Shown here piece after piece: positions 10,034 to 20,657 of a stretch of 64,000 nt of DNA. Position 1 is the stretch's first letter, and every line of letters starts with the position of its first letter. The translations under genes and the position numbers were made by a program. This DNA is from a virus. Where the stretch lies: positions 1-64,000 of IMG/VR virus record IMGVR_UViG_3300028920_000029; one strand, written 5' to 3'. The notes beneath the pieces were generated by a model. That model made no database searches and was not told the origin of the DNA. It worked only from the letters and a program-made list of their open reading frames with translations.

Positions 10034-10601
10034 TTATTTTGAGGAAAGAAAGATATCCGAAGAAGTATTTAATGAATTCTATTTAGGTACTTGTGCGGGG
10101 TGCGCAGATAGTGTAATTTTACCACCAGGGATATTTGACTCTCCGACGTTTCCCGTGTATAATATTAATGGGGACTTAAAAGGTTATGGCTTTAGACCAG
10201 GAACAGACTATTGTAAATATTTGATCTTTGGATTTAAAAAGAGAGAGCAGCTTTACGGTATTAACTTTGCTATGGGTTCTATACTAGAGAAGAACAAAGT
10301 ATATATCGTAGAGGGGTACTTTGATGTACTCGCCGCGTTTAGTAAGGGTATACGAAATGTTGTTAGTATATTTGGTAATACCATATCCACGTCGCAGGCG
10401 TATACACTGGCGTCACTAACAGATAACTTTGTTTTTATGTTGGATAGTGACACTAGCGGAATAAACGGGAGCACTAAAAGTGAGAAGTTAGTTAAAAAAA
10501 TACTTCCGAACGTTAACGTTAGTTCGGTTTTATTATATCCTTACAAGGATTTGAACGAAAAACTTATGAGTATTGGAGAGGAGGATGTCAGAAGATTATA
10601 G
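9966..10601 (+). CDS. DnaG-type primase catalytic/TOPRIM core (no N-terminal Zn finger)
   Basis: FPVYN..G..GYGFR, KY, LYG, IVEGYFDV, MLDSDTSG, KDLNE; GGAGGA RBS before 9966. Confidence 0.85.
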   Translation: MEPIQPILQSPPQIHLNRQYKNSYFEERKISEEVFNEFYLGTCAGCADSVILPPGIFDSPTFPVYNINGDLKGYGFRPGTDYCKYLIFGFKKREQLYGINFAMGSILEKNKVYIVEGYFDVLAAFSKGIRNVVSIFGNTISTSQAYTLASLTDNFVFMLDSDTSGINGSTKSEKLVKKILPNVNVSSVLLYPYKDLNEKLMSIGEEDVRRL

Positions 10602-10995
10602 TAAGTCTCACGAAGTTATAGTTGAGTCAATTGAGCAGTTAACTGAGAACGGACTGGTCTCGGAGATGGTGCCGTTTCAGGAAGAGATATATCATTACAA
10701 GGACAATCTACTGTTGATTTTAATGAACTTAGTTTCTACTGAGATAAATAGACTACCAGAAACCCAGCGGGAGGTTATGTTGAGGCACTATATTATGGGC
10801 GAAAGCTTAAGGGTTATTGCTAAGAATATAGGTATTAAGTGGTATGCCGTCCATAGAAGGAAATTGAGAGCGTTGCAGACGTTAAAGAACAGACTAAATA
10901 AGAATCCGTATGCTAATGACCTGTATAAAAAGTTTGAGGAGTCAGATCCTCCAGTAGAGCTACTTGTAAAAATATCTGAATTTTTAGGTAAATGA
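10585..10995 (+). CDS. sigma-70 region-4-like HTH protein
   Basis: INRLPETQREVMLRHY..GESLRVIAKNIGI...VHRRKLRALQTLK; no clear region 2. ATG 10585 preferred as start. Confidence 0.7.
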   Translation: MSEDYSKSHEVIVESIEQLTENGLVSEMVPFQEEIYHYKDNLLLILMNLVSTEINRLPETQREVMLRHYIMGESLRVIAKNIGIKWYAVHRRKLRALQTLKNRLNKNPYANDLYKKFEESDPPVELLVKISEFLGK

Positions 10996-11053
10996 GGGGT
11001 ATACGGCCTTACCATATAGGTAGTGTAGGGCGTAATATGCCTTTTCGGAGGAT

Positions 11054-11497
11054 TTGATGCTAGCCTCAGAAGAAAACGTTAAAGATATAACGCGAATTTT
11101 AGATTTTTTTACTACTTTAGATAATGGTTCTCAGCGTAGGCACACACAAATGTTGCTTCCGCTCATAGAGAACACTAGAATGTTACTTGATAAACTTAAA
11201 GTAGAGGTTGATTTTCGGATACAGCTTCAATCGTTACAGATGCGAGGTTTTGAAGTTAACAACTTAATATTTGGAGATTATCCAAGCTATGATACTATGG
11301 TAACTACTCTTACGGAAGTAGTGGCTAACGCAAAGAAGATGGAATCTATGCGCCAGGAATTTAATTCCTACAGGAATAAGATTCCAGATAAGACTCGGGT
11401 TCGTTTGGAAGAACTATTTAAATATCCAACACGGTACCAGGAGCTATCAAGGTTGTGGAGTAAGGTATTAGATAGAGTTAAACAGGAGGCCAGATGA
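11054..11497 (+). CDS. hypothetical protein
   Basis: GGAGG RBS; helical composition. Confidence 0.55.
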   Translation: MMLASEENVKDITRILDFFTTLDNGSQRRHTQMLLPLIENTRMLLDKLKVEVDFRIQLQSLQMRGFEVNNLIFGDYPSYDTMVTTLTEVVANAKKMESMRQEFNSYRNKIPDKTRVRLEELFKYPTRYQELSRLWSKVLDRVKQEAR

Positions 11498-14400
11498 GTA
11501 ACAAGCGTAAGGCAGCCAGCATAATAAATAACATATTAAATAAAACTACACCTACAGTGTCCGAGACAAGAAACGTTAAGGTTACGTCGGACCTCATACC
11601 ACTAACTTCAAATAATAAACACAAATTTATAAAGATAGGTATTGATACATACGTGTCAGAAGATGACGCATCAAGAACTTGGAGGGTGGAGTATATAGAT
11701 GATGTTCCTTATCTAGTAGCGGCCGACGCAGGTATGGTTTTTAGGCGCGACTATGACGTTAAGGCGAACCCAAAGGATCACACCATAACATTCTATAACG
11801 ATACAAGAGAGATTGGCAGCTTTCAAGCTAATTCTTTTTCACATCTTTTTAATCTTGAGTCTGACTTACAGAGCAGGATTGCGGACTATAGTGTTTTACC
11901 AGAAAATATGTTCTGTGATGTGATGAAGAAGGAAGCAAAGATTCTTGAGTGCAAGCACATTGACGCTAACAAAGTTTTAGCCGCAGATAAAAAAGATAAC
12001 TTCTCTTCATTTCAAAAAACCATACTTGATAAGTTTGTAGATGGAATAGATACTATAGCGGCTAGTGTTAAGTCTGGTCCGTACTTACAACAGGTTATGG
12101 ACCAGCATACTAAATACTATGGGGCGCACTCAGAGGATTCGTCAATAGCTAAACAAAACTTAAAAAAGATTGAGGACGGGAAGTCTGCTGTTATGGTGGC
12201 TTTGGAAAGTTTAAAGAAGAATGTCCTTGCGGCCGTATCATCAAAGAGTATCAGAAAGCACATGGAACTGGTAGAAAAGTATGGTCAGTTATATTCAGCA
12301 CTAAAAGATTCTTTATCATTAGACTCTATAGGAGTTACGGAAGAAGCCTTGCAACCGTTTGTTCAGGTACCGTCCGATATAAAAACATTAACTAATCAAC
12401 TGCTGTCACCTATAAGAAAGGTATACGATGAAGAAGTTAGTAAGGAAGATCAGGTTAGGGTAGTTCAGCCCAAGGAAGATAAAAAGAAAACTAAGAAGGA
12501 TAAGGACTCTGTTTCTTCTGAGTCAGTACTCGCAAGTTTTAAAAGACCAGTTAAGTTACTAGCCTACCTAATTAAATACAAGAAGGATATAGTATCTCCG
12601 ATATTTAGTGCATACTTTGTAAAGGCGGCTAGCGGACTAACACATATAGACACACTACTTGAATACTCTGAAGAAGAACAGGGATCCGTTATGGACTCAG
12701 TTAAAGCTAGCCTTCAGTCAGCTATGGAGGGATTTCTTAACGACCCGTTTAATTTTTCTTTAGGTGAGGAATACGATATATCTGTTAATAAGCAGCAGAT
12801 ACTTTCTAAGGACCACGTTGTTGCACTGCTGCAGTCATCTTTTAGGCAAACGTATGCAGAACTATTTAACAATTCTTTATCATCCTTGGTTTTATCTAAT
12901 CCGTTATCAGATTTTAAGATAGAGTATGAAGATAAAGAAGAAGAGTTTGCGAGGGTATTACATGGTATTGAAACGGCCTCAGCCTCACCTCTATTTAATG
13001 AAGTTAAGTCTGAGATCATAGCGCAGAAACTTTATTTTACTCCTAGAATGAATACTGTAGTCCAGAAAGTAATGGCGTCCAAAGGTATACTTAGTACCGT
13101 TGCTTCTGCAGAAGATATAACAAATCTAGTTTCTAATATTATCGCAGCCATTGTGGATTTAACTAACGGAGTTACTACTAAAAAGGCTGAGATTCAAGGC
13201 GTAGAGAGCTATGTCGATGAAGAGACAGAGCGAATGATAAGTGACGTCAGTAGTTCACTATTTAAGAAGTTCGGTCTTCCAAAAGATTCTAAGTCTGCGG
13301 CTAATTACGAGCACATGGTAAAGATGTTATTTGGGTCTGTTGGGGATGTCGGATCTTATATTACGCTATTAAAGGGTCAGATGGAAAAGGCTGGAAACAC
13401 CATAGCTAAGATAGATGCCATTAGGCAAAAGAAGGGTAAGGTTAAATTTGATAAGGAGTGGTCTGAAGACCCAGAAGTTCGTGAGTTAGAAACTCAAATG
13501 ATCATGGACAGCTTTATGACTTCGTCCATTATGACAAAACTAATTAATATAGTGAGTATGTCGTATACTAATCATGTTGGTGGAGATGATATTGAGGGAC
13601 TTCCAAACTTTATTGGGTTATTGTTAGACGAAGTTGATGAGGACTCCATAACAAACAAAAGAGATATTCAGGATAAAATTTATAGGTATATGCCGTCACC
13701 CACAAGCGGATCACGAGATTTATATCTATTGTCATTATTATTTAACTCTAAAGAACTGGATACATTCTTTAGTATGTTGGAGGAAGCAAGGGAAACTGAT
13801 GAGTATAAAGATAAGGGACCATCGGACACCTTAAGAATCCCTCCAGAAAAGCGTATATTTAATAAGTTTGTTAGCGTAAATATGGGTAAGAAAAGAGAAG
13901 CCATAAAAGGTGATGTCTCTAGAATATTCACAACTCGAGGAGATACAAAAAAGAAGTTTAATAAATATTTAAGTGACAACGCTTTTGTAGACGAGAACGG
14001 TACAAGTTTTTTCCCGCAGGTTAAGCTTCCAAAAGATACTATGGAAATATTAGTAAACCTAGGTAAAAACAATACGTTATTTCAGAGTAAGGAAGGGTCG
14101 TGGAAAGCTAAAATTATCGATCCAAACACTAAAGAACTAAAGCAAACAGTAACTCTTGATGAGTATCAAGATAAATATATGCCAAAGGATCAAAAGAAGA
14201 AGTTTCGTGGTAGGTTATCTGATATAGTTTCCAAATCGTACGAGATAGTTTTAACCGCTACTAGAGAACATAATCAGGTTGATGTAGTATACAACGCCTT
14301 AAAAGATTTTGTTGGAAGTTCTGACGCCATTCAGGAAGCGGTGTCTACGGCAGCAATATTTGGTAGCAGAAGTTTATCGGCTAAAATAAACTTTGAGTTA

Positions 14401-17400
14401 GTTCAGGCCGCATCAACACTTAGTATTACTGGGTTAGGTAATGTGGTGGATCCAGTTTCTGGGGATACTCTGGAAGAGCAGCGTGGTATGGCTGGAATGT
14501 CCTTACCTATGTCCGATCCTGGAAGTTCTAAGGCACTACCTATTTTTCCAGACAAGACAGTATTTAATAAAGAGAATTATATTATGACGCTAAACTTGAT
14601 GTCAGAGGCGTCGGCTAAGAGTAAGTCAAAAGTTAACTCCATGGAAATGTTATTACAGTTGAAAGACTCCTTAAAATCATTTTTAAGCGGTGTAGAGGGT
14701 TACGCCGCAGACTTTATTTCTAAGTTTAACATACGCTTAAATAGTATACACAGAACGGTTAATCAATTTATAACCGAAGATGTTTATAAAAAAGTTCTTA
14801 CTCATAGAAAAAATCAGTTGGAGCAGAATAAAGCGGACCTAGCGATACGTGCCGCCGAGTTGGAGGAGTTTACTGAAAGATCAACAAAGCCTCCCAAGGC
14901 TTCACCGAACGAAGTTAAGGCTATAAAGAATAGTTATATACCCGATATAGATAGGTCTATAGCAGATATTAACAAACAAATATCTAATCCAGATCAAAAG
15001 ATGATTCAGCTATTTAAGAACTACTTTTTTAGTACACTAATAGATGATATGTATTCTGATGGTAAGCTTGACAAGTTAATGAAAGCTCATACTGGGGGAT
15101 ATAAGGCACCAAAGAAGGTTTTACATGAGCTTAAATATAGAAAAAGGACGGATACCCATCTCAGTAACTTAATAAAGAAGTTTGCAAAGGAATCTGCGTC
15201 AGATGATATTATAGGTATGTCACTTACCACATTGCAATCTTTAGGGTTTTTATATGACTCCATGGGACCCCTTAATAGTATAACAAAAATATTATCATCT
15301 ACACATAAGGAAGCAAGTTCTTCTGGAACTATAGTAAGAGTTGCCGAGGAAGACTTTCGGTCTAAGGTTAAGAAGGTTTTAAACAACTGTGGGAGCATAC
15401 CAGCTATTAGTGGGCATCATACAAACTTAATGATAGGAAGGGTTAAAATAATACAAAACATTTTATCGGTTAGTGGTTTGGAAGCTAAGATTAGCCAGTA
15501 CGTAGACTTAGCTGAGTTGAGGTCTGCGCCAAATGTTGGTGCCCGCGCTACTCAGTGGGTACAGGCGCAGCCTAATGCTGCAGGGCTCACAGATGCATTA
15601 AACAAGGTATCGGTAAAAGAGTACACAGATAAAAGAAGAGAGGACTACTCTACAATTCTAGAGTTAGTATCTTCGGCAATGACACGTCTTGATGCCCTTC
15701 ACGGTTCTGGTGATGTTGAGGCGTTGGGTAATAGATATATAGAGGAAGCTCAGTTAGGTGTTCAACGTACTACAGAAGAGTTAAGCGCTGTAGTTAACAA
15801 ACTTAAATCTGGTACGGTTACGCCCGAAGATATGGAAGAACTTAAACGTAAAGAAGAATTACTTCAGTCAGAGATCCTTAAATCTAATAGACGTATAGAG
15901 TTTACGAAGAACATTATTTCACAGTACAAAGAGAATCCCAATGTAGAAATAGAGAAATTACCAGAATATGGTGAGTCATACTTCAGCGTAGGATTTTCAG
16001 AAGTTAAGGTTCCTCAGACCGTATCGCCAGAAGGCAAGGAATCTACTATGAAATTAGTTTCTAGGGAAGTATCGGTATTAGAAAGGAACTACAACCAGTT
16101 AATGACACTATTAAAGGAAGTACTCGGGCTGGACTTTAATATAGTAGAAAGGTTTCTTATGTATTATAACACTATAGATGATATGGTTGTTAGATATTTT
16201 ACTGAAGTAAATAAACTTATTAAGCAGGAAAAGGTTTTGAACCTTAATCCAGCCATGCGCAAGGTTGCAGAGGAAAAGTTAAATACGTCGTTTAGGGCTC
16301 GATTTATTAGAATGATGAGATTACCTTCTATGCATGTTATATCTCCTCACTTTATGTCTAGCCTATATGAGGCTATGGAATCCTTAAATTGGTTTGGTAA
16401 CAGTAAAGAGTATTATGTGGATAAAATAAAAAACTTAACGATAGACAGGAAGGATGCTGTTGATCTTCTTTCTGCCGCGTATAGTATGCTAATAACTAAC
16501 AATCAAAAGTTGGTAAAAATCTCCAGGAAGAGGGTTGACTTTTCTAAGCTATATAGTAACGCTGGCGATATGGATGTAGATTTGGAGCAGAAACTATTAT
16601 CGCAGTTAGGTTTACGTGGAGGAGAAATACGCAACGAGAAAGATCGTGTGCGTGCTAGACATATAATTGAGAAGCATTTACAGTCATTAGAGTTAGACGA
16701 AAAGAAATACAGTAAAGATTTAGTTAATGTTAGCCCCGTAGATTTAGCTACATTTTACTCATACGTACTTAATATCCTAAACATTTCTGAGTCAGAGGGA
16801 ACTTCAGAAGAAGAAACTTTTGCGTCCCTTTTATCTGAAGCAAAGGCTAAACTTAAAGTAAGTGAGAAGGATGCTAATACCGTAGCAGTAGATACAATAC
16901 TTGGTTCTGGTCTTAAGTCTGGGGATTCTTATGAGCTTACAGAAAAACTTTTAGTTTCGTTGTATGGAGTTGAGAGAGGTACTGGTTCTAAGGTAGATAA
17001 GGACCTAGAGTCGTCTCAGGCTAAGCACGTAGAAAATATAAGTAACGCTCACGTAGCCATGAAGAACTCGTTTAATCAGGTATTGGATTCACCGACGCAG
17101 GCGCAAATAAGTCAGATGTCTATGCCATGGCTGGCTGACGTATCTGCGTTTGATAAGCCAGGTACTGAGTTGCCGACTATTGTAGATCCAGTAACTGGTA
17201 AACAAACTAGAGTACAGGTGCCATCAGAAACTTTAAACCCAGTTTCTTTGGCGGATGTTGAGAGTGTTATATCTGATGCAAGGTCGTTGTTACCTGAAAT
17301 AATGGCTATGAGCGGCAGACCCGTTAGGTTGGCGGTAGGTAACTTAGATGAAGGAAACTATGGAGAGTTTGAGGCAGCGGTTATCTCGTTTTTATCTACA

Positions 17401-18117
17401 GACGTTATCACTTATCTGGTAAACATAACTAAAAGTAAAGAGGAGAAAGAGTCAGAAGCTGGCTCGTATATATCTAAGTTTAGTGATAAGAGGGTGTTCT
17501 CCATAACACAAATAGTTAAAGATCTATTATTTTTTATATCGTACATATATGACCAACAGCAGGGAAAGGTAGCTCCTCAAAAGACCATAGCGGACATAGC
17601 AGCTAAAATAGACAAGAAGGTTATTTCTACGGCTAAGGAGAAATCTCCGTACTCTGTGGATCCAAACGATTTACGTCTTATAGTAAACTCGCTTTTAACG
17701 CTGGCGTATAATGGTTTTATATCGCTTAGAAATCATAAGTTAATGGGGTCATTTGTAGATGTTATGTTTGCGCCAGTTACGGCTAAGATGGCTCATAGTA
17801 ATGGATCAGTAAAACTTGGTAAGATTATTGGAAATATGGTACCCACATCTGATATAATATTATCAAAGCTTGGTTCAAGCGAGGATGCAATAATAGAGCA
17901 GAATGTGGTAAAGATAACCAATACAGAGAATGTGTATGAAGGTATTGATTATGGTACCATGGGAGTTATTAACGATACACTAGAAGCTATAAGCGGTCCG
18001 ATGGTTGATACCATGGAAGAGTATACTAACGAGGTGCTTCGTCCAGATGATATGGATAAGCTTCTTGGAGGTATAATTCAGTCGCTAAAGAATATAAATA
18101 ATTTACTTGGAGGTTAA
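11494..18117 (+). CDS. very large (2207 aa) hypothetical protein, possibly internal virion/ejected protein
   Basis: Long helical ORF with no catalytic motif recognised; several K/R-x-A sites (KRKAAS, VKAAS, TKKAE, VRVAEE). Confidence 0.5.
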   Translation: MSNKRKAASIINNILNKTTPTVSETRNVKVTSDLIPLTSNNKHKFIKIGIDTYVSEDDASRTWRVEYIDDVPYLVAADAGMVFRRDYDVKANPKDHTITFYNDTREIGSFQANSFSHLFNLESDLQSRIADYSVLPENMFCDVMKKEAKILECKHIDANKVLAADKKDNFSSFQKTILDKFVDGIDTIAASVKSGPYLQQVMDQHTKYYGAHSEDSSIAKQNLKKIEDGKSAVMVALESLKKNVLAAVSSKSIRKHMELVEKYGQLYSALKDSLSLDSIGVTEEALQPFVQVPSDIKTLTNQLLSPIRKVYDEEVSKEDQVRVVQPKEDKKKTKKDKDSVSSESVLASFKRPVKLLAYLIKYKKDIVSPIFSAYFVKAASGLTHIDTLLEYSEEEQGSVMDSVKASLQSAMEGFLNDPFNFSLGEEYDISVNKQQILSKDHVVALLQSSFRQTYAELFNNSLSSLVLSNPLSDFKIEYEDKEEEFARVLHGIETASASPLFNEVKSEIIAQKLYFTPRMNTVVQKVMASKGILSTVASAEDITNLVSNIIAAIVDLTNGVTTKKAEIQGVESYVDEETERMISDVSSSLFKKFGLPKDSKSAANYEHMVKMLFGSVGDVGSYITLLKGQMEKAGNTIAKIDAIRQKKGKVKFDKEWSEDPEVRELETQMIMDSFMTSSIMTKLINIVSMSYTNHVGGDDIEGLPNFIGLLLDEVDEDSITNKRDIQDKIYRYMPSPTSGSRDLYLLSLLFNSKELDTFFSMLEEARETDEYKDKGPSDTLRIPPEKRIFNKFVSVNMGKKREAIKGDVSRIFTTRGDTKKKFNKYLSDNAFVDENGTSFFPQVKLPKDTMEILVNLGKNNTLFQSKEGSWKAKIIDPNTKELKQTVTLDEYQDKYMPKDQKKKFRGRLSDIVSKSYEIVLTATREHNQVDVVYNALKDFVGSSDAIQEAVSTAAIFGSRSLSAKINFELVQAASTLSITGLGNVVDPVSGDTLEEQRGMAGMSLPMSDPGSSKALPIFPDKTVFNKENYIMTLNLMSEASAKSKSKVNSMEMLLQLKDSLKSFLSGVEGYAADFISKFNIRLNSIHRTVNQFITEDVYKKVLTHRKNQLEQNKADLAIRAAELEEFTERSTKPPKASPNEVKAIKNSYIPDIDRSIADINKQISNPDQKMIQLFKNYFFSTLIDDMYSDGKLDKLMKAHTGGYKAPKKVLHELKYRKRTDTHLSNLIKKFAKESASDDIIGMSLTTLQSLGFLYDSMGPLNSITKILSSTHKEASSSGTIVRVAEEDFRSKVKKVLNNCGSIPAISGHHTNLMIGRVKIIQNILSVSGLEAKISQYVDLAELRSAPNVGARATQWVQAQPNAAGLTDALNKVSVKEYTDKRREDYSTILELVSSAMTRLDALHGSGDVEALGNRYIEEAQLGVQRTTEELSAVVNKLKSGTVTPEDMEELKRKEELLQSEILKSNRRIEFTKNIISQYKENPNVEIEKLPEYGESYFSVGFSEVKVPQTVSPEGKESTMKLVSREVSVLERNYNQLMTLLKEVLGLDFNIVERFLMYYNTIDDMVVRYFTEVNKLIKQEKVLNLNPAMRKVAEEKLNTSFRARFIRMMRLPSMHVISPHFMSSLYEAMESLNWFGNSKEYYVDKIKNLTIDRKDAVDLLSAAYSMLITNNQKLVKISRKRVDFSKLYSNAGDMDVDLEQKLLSQLGLRGGEIRNEKDRVRARHIIEKHLQSLELDEKKYSKDLVNVSPVDLATFYSYVLNILNISESEGTSEEETFASLLSEAKAKLKVSEKDANTVAVDTILGSGLKSGDSYELTEKLLVSLYGVERGTGSKVDKDLESSQAKHVENISNAHVAMKNSFNQVLDSPTQAQISQMSMPWLADVSAFDKPGTELPTIVDPVTGKQTRVQVPSETLNPVSLADVESVISDARSLLPEIMAMSGRPVRLAVGNLDEGNYGEFEAAVISFLSTDVITYLVNITKSKEEKESEAGSYISKFSDKRVFSITQIVKDLLFFISYIYDQQQGKVAPQKTIADIAAKIDKKVISTAKEKSPYSVDPNDLRLIVNSLLTLAYNGFISLRNHKLMGSFVDVMFAPVTAKMAHSNGSVKLGKIIGNMVPTSDIILSKLGSSEDAIIEQNVVKITNTENVYEGIDYGTMGVINDTLEAISGPMVDTMEEYTNEVLRPDDMDKLLGGIIQSLKNINNLLGG

Positions 18118-18122
18118 ATACC

Positions 18123-19292
18123 ATGAATGAAAAGGACATAACTAAATCGTACATCTATCATTCGGGAGGCTTTGAATTTGATAAGGTAAAGTTCGCTAAC
18201 TTTGTTGGCGACTTTCCTGAGCTTGTTCAGGAAATACCTAGAGCCTCACTCGAGAAGACTATCAAAGCAAATTTGGAGTCTGTTGGTGCAGAGATAGATC
18301 CAGAGGTAGATGCCAACGTAATCGAGGAAGTTCTTGTTACGTCGAATGCCGACATTGAGAACTTTCTAAAGGGTGCTCACGGTAAGAGGTTATCCGTAGT
18401 GCTTGGCGAAGTGAGAACATTTCCGTTCTTAAGAAGTGCGAGTATGCACAGGATAAAGACTGCACTTAGAGCAGTATTTGCTGAAGAGATGGCGGATTTT
18501 GGAAATGACGCTTTGGGACCTTATGATCCCGTAGAGTCTGTTGATGAGGTTTCTGGTCCAAAGGACGTAGTAGATGATTTAGCTCCTAAGGAACCAGGTG
18601 ATGAGTTGCAGCCTACTCCAGACGATCCAATGGTTTCTGAGGAAGCGGCTATAGATCCAAAAATAGAAGAGGATGCCATGATGACTATAGAGGGCTACCT
18701 ACAGAGGGAAGTTTTTAACAGTAAACTTATTCCTGCAGTTAAGCTAGTAGAGGCCAAACCGTTAAAAGGAGACAACAGGTACGTAATAAACCTTGAGTTT
18801 TCTTCTCAAGATGGTTCAGCTACGGCGTATGCTGAAGGAGTAATATACAATGGAAAGCTTATTCTTCCAGCAGATTTAGAAACTCAGGAAGGCGAAAGGA
18901 TAGGCGAGTTCAACGCTGAAACATTTCAAAAGGTATTTTCTGTAGAAGAGGCAGGAACTCCAAAGAATGATAATGACTATAACAGTCTTATGGATGACCT
19001 TAACGAGGCGCCGTCTTATACGGAGGCATCTAAGGTTATTGATAAGATTATAGAAAAGTTTGGTTCACACGTAGGAAGGACTACGTTTGAGTCATACTTA
19101 AGAAGGCACGCTCATGATAATAACGAAAAACAAACAGACTTTAAGGCTTCAAGACTTAACGTTCGTGTGGGTGAAACCGATATAGACGAAACAAAAGAAT
19201 ATACAGATAGAATGAGTATGATAGAGGATGACCAATTCCTTAAAGAGATAGAAGATAGGATGGCTAAAAAGAAGAAGAAGGAGGATAAATAA
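18123..19292 (+). CDS. acidic hypothetical protein (putative head-associated)
   Basis: GGAGG RBS; D/E-rich linkers. Confidence 0.5.
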   Translation: MNEKDITKSYIYHSGGFEFDKVKFANFVGDFPELVQEIPRASLEKTIKANLESVGAEIDPEVDANVIEEVLVTSNADIENFLKGAHGKRLSVVLGEVRTFPFLRSASMHRIKTALRAVFAEEMADFGNDALGPYDPVESVDEVSGPKDVVDDLAPKEPGDELQPTPDDPMVSEEAAIDPKIEEDAMMTIEGYLQREVFNSKLIPAVKLVEAKPLKGDNRYVINLEFSSQDGSATAYAEGVIYNGKLILPADLETQEGERIGEFNAETFQKVFSVEEAGTPKNDNDYNSLMDDLNEAPSYTEASKVIDKIIEKFGSHVGRTTFESYLRRHAHDNNEKQTDFKASRLNVRVGETDIDETKEYTDRMSMIEDDQFLKEIEDRMAKKKKKEDK

Positions 19293-19294
19293 CC

Positions 19295-20176
19295 ATGAAA
19301 AACGTATATGACCACAATGGTACGTTGGTTAGCATACTTAAGAAAGCTGATGATAAGAATTGTCTAGTTATAAGTGACAAGGGTGTTACATCAACAGTTA
19401 ACTCAGATGAACTTAAACCAGCTAAGTTGTACAACCAAGGTATATACCATGAAAAGTTTTTTCAGGCAGTTTTAGGCGGGCTGTTAGAGCCTCCTAAAAG
19501 GGTTAAGGCTAGCCTGAGTGTTTACAACGGAAAGTATGGTATAGCTGTAGCAGAGATAACAGATAAGGATTTTGTTAAGTATGCTATAGGATTACCAGAT
19601 GAGGCGTTTGGTCCAGGTGCAGACCGACTTGATGACCTTAAGATTAACAAAGATAAAGAGAAGGACTATGATAAGGATTCTGGAGACGATTGGATGGGAG
19701 AGCTAAGTACTCTTGATTCTATGGATGATCCTATGGGCGAGACTGAGGAGCTTCAGATTTCTGATGACGAACCTTTAGGTAATCTTTCTAAAATTACTAT
19801 CACTTGGGAGAACCCAGCAGCAGATGTATCTATATCAGAGATTAAGAATCTTTTTGGAGAGGGTCAGCCATTACCAGACCCAGATACTATAAAGGTAGAT
19901 ACTGGGGAAGAAACAGTAACCAGAAAGAAAAGTTGGAGAGAACGTCTTACAAAGACAGCTGCGCATAGAAAGGCGTATTATGGGCCAGCTCCAGTTATGT
20001 TTCACACCTGTCCGAAGTGTCAGACAATGCTTGTTATAGATACGAAGGCAGACAGAAAACCAGGAGATGAGAGGCGAGTTATTGTAAGGTGCCCAAATCC
20101 TAAATGTGGTTACGAATCACTTTATGAAGGATCTTTGCCAGGGCACGGTGCTAGCGGGCAGAGTAAACACAACTGA
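19295..20176 (+). CDS. hypothetical protein with C-terminal Zn ribbon
   Basis: CPKC...CPNPKC after LTKTAAHRKA. Confidence 0.55.
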   Translation: MKNVYDHNGTLVSILKKADDKNCLVISDKGVTSTVNSDELKPAKLYNQGIYHEKFFQAVLGGLLEPPKRVKASLSVYNGKYGIAVAEITDKDFVKYAIGLPDEAFGPGADRLDDLKINKDKEKDYDKDSGDDWMGELSTLDSMDDPMGETEELQISDDEPLGNLSKITITWENPAADVSISEIKNLFGEGQPLPDPDTIKVDTGEETVTRKKSWRERLTKTAAHRKAYYGPAPVMFHTCPKCQTMLVIDTKADRKPGDERRVIVRCPNPKCGYESLYEGSLPGHGASGQSKHN

Positions 20177-20186
20177 GGGTTTAATC

Positions 20187-20366
20187 ATGAAAAGTTACGT
20201 TAACCTTAAAAAGATAGCTAAGCTTAGTGATGAAGCTCAGCAGTGGATAAGTGATAAGATAGCATTTCTAATTAAAGAAGAAGGACTGACGCAGGAACAG
20301 GCGCAAGGAAAAGCTTACGGAATGGCCAGACAGAAGTTTCCGTCGGTTCCAGAAAAAGGAGAGTAG
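20187..20366 (+). CDS. small protein with N-terminal MKSYVNLKKIA tag
   Basis: Start reassigned to ATG 20187 (GAGGG upstream; follows the stop at 20176). Confidence 0.65.
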   Translation: MKSYVNLKKIAKLSDEAQQWISDKIAFLIKEEGLTQEQAQGKAYGMARQKFPSVPEKGE

Positions 20367-20367
20367 G

Positions 20368-20655
20368 ATGAAGAGCTATGTGAACATGAAGAAAGTTTCA
20401 GGAGTTGTACCAGGAGTACCTGATGGAACTGGGCCTTATGGAAGAGGAATGGGTCCTGGTGGTGGAAGGGCAGACGGTTCTGGATTACAGAATGGTCCTA
20501 AAACTAATGTAAATAAAAAGAAAGTACCTGGTGTTCCTGACGGAACAGGCCCAGGAAAGGATAGTCCAGCATGTCCGTACAATACTGACAGCGCCGATTA
20601 TGCCAAAGGATATGAGGATGGGCTTGCTGCTGGTAAGTCCAAGAAGGAGGACTAA
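20368..20655 (+). CDS. MKSYVNMKKVS-tagged Gly/Pro-rich protein with two VPGVPDGTGP repeats (DUF5320-related motif)
   Basis: AGGAG RBS; repeated DGTGP. Confidence 0.6.
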   Translation: MKSYVNMKKVSGVVPGVPDGTGPYGRGMGPGGGRADGSGLQNGPKTNVNKKKVPGVPDGTGPGKDSPACPYNTDSADYAKGYEDGLAAGKSKKED

Positions 20656-20657
20656 CG

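Noticed and set aside
11494-18117. Virion RNA polymerase or tape measure protein
   Set aside because: No DxDGD-type catalytic motif, no tape-measure repeats or TM segments, and no tail-tube context.
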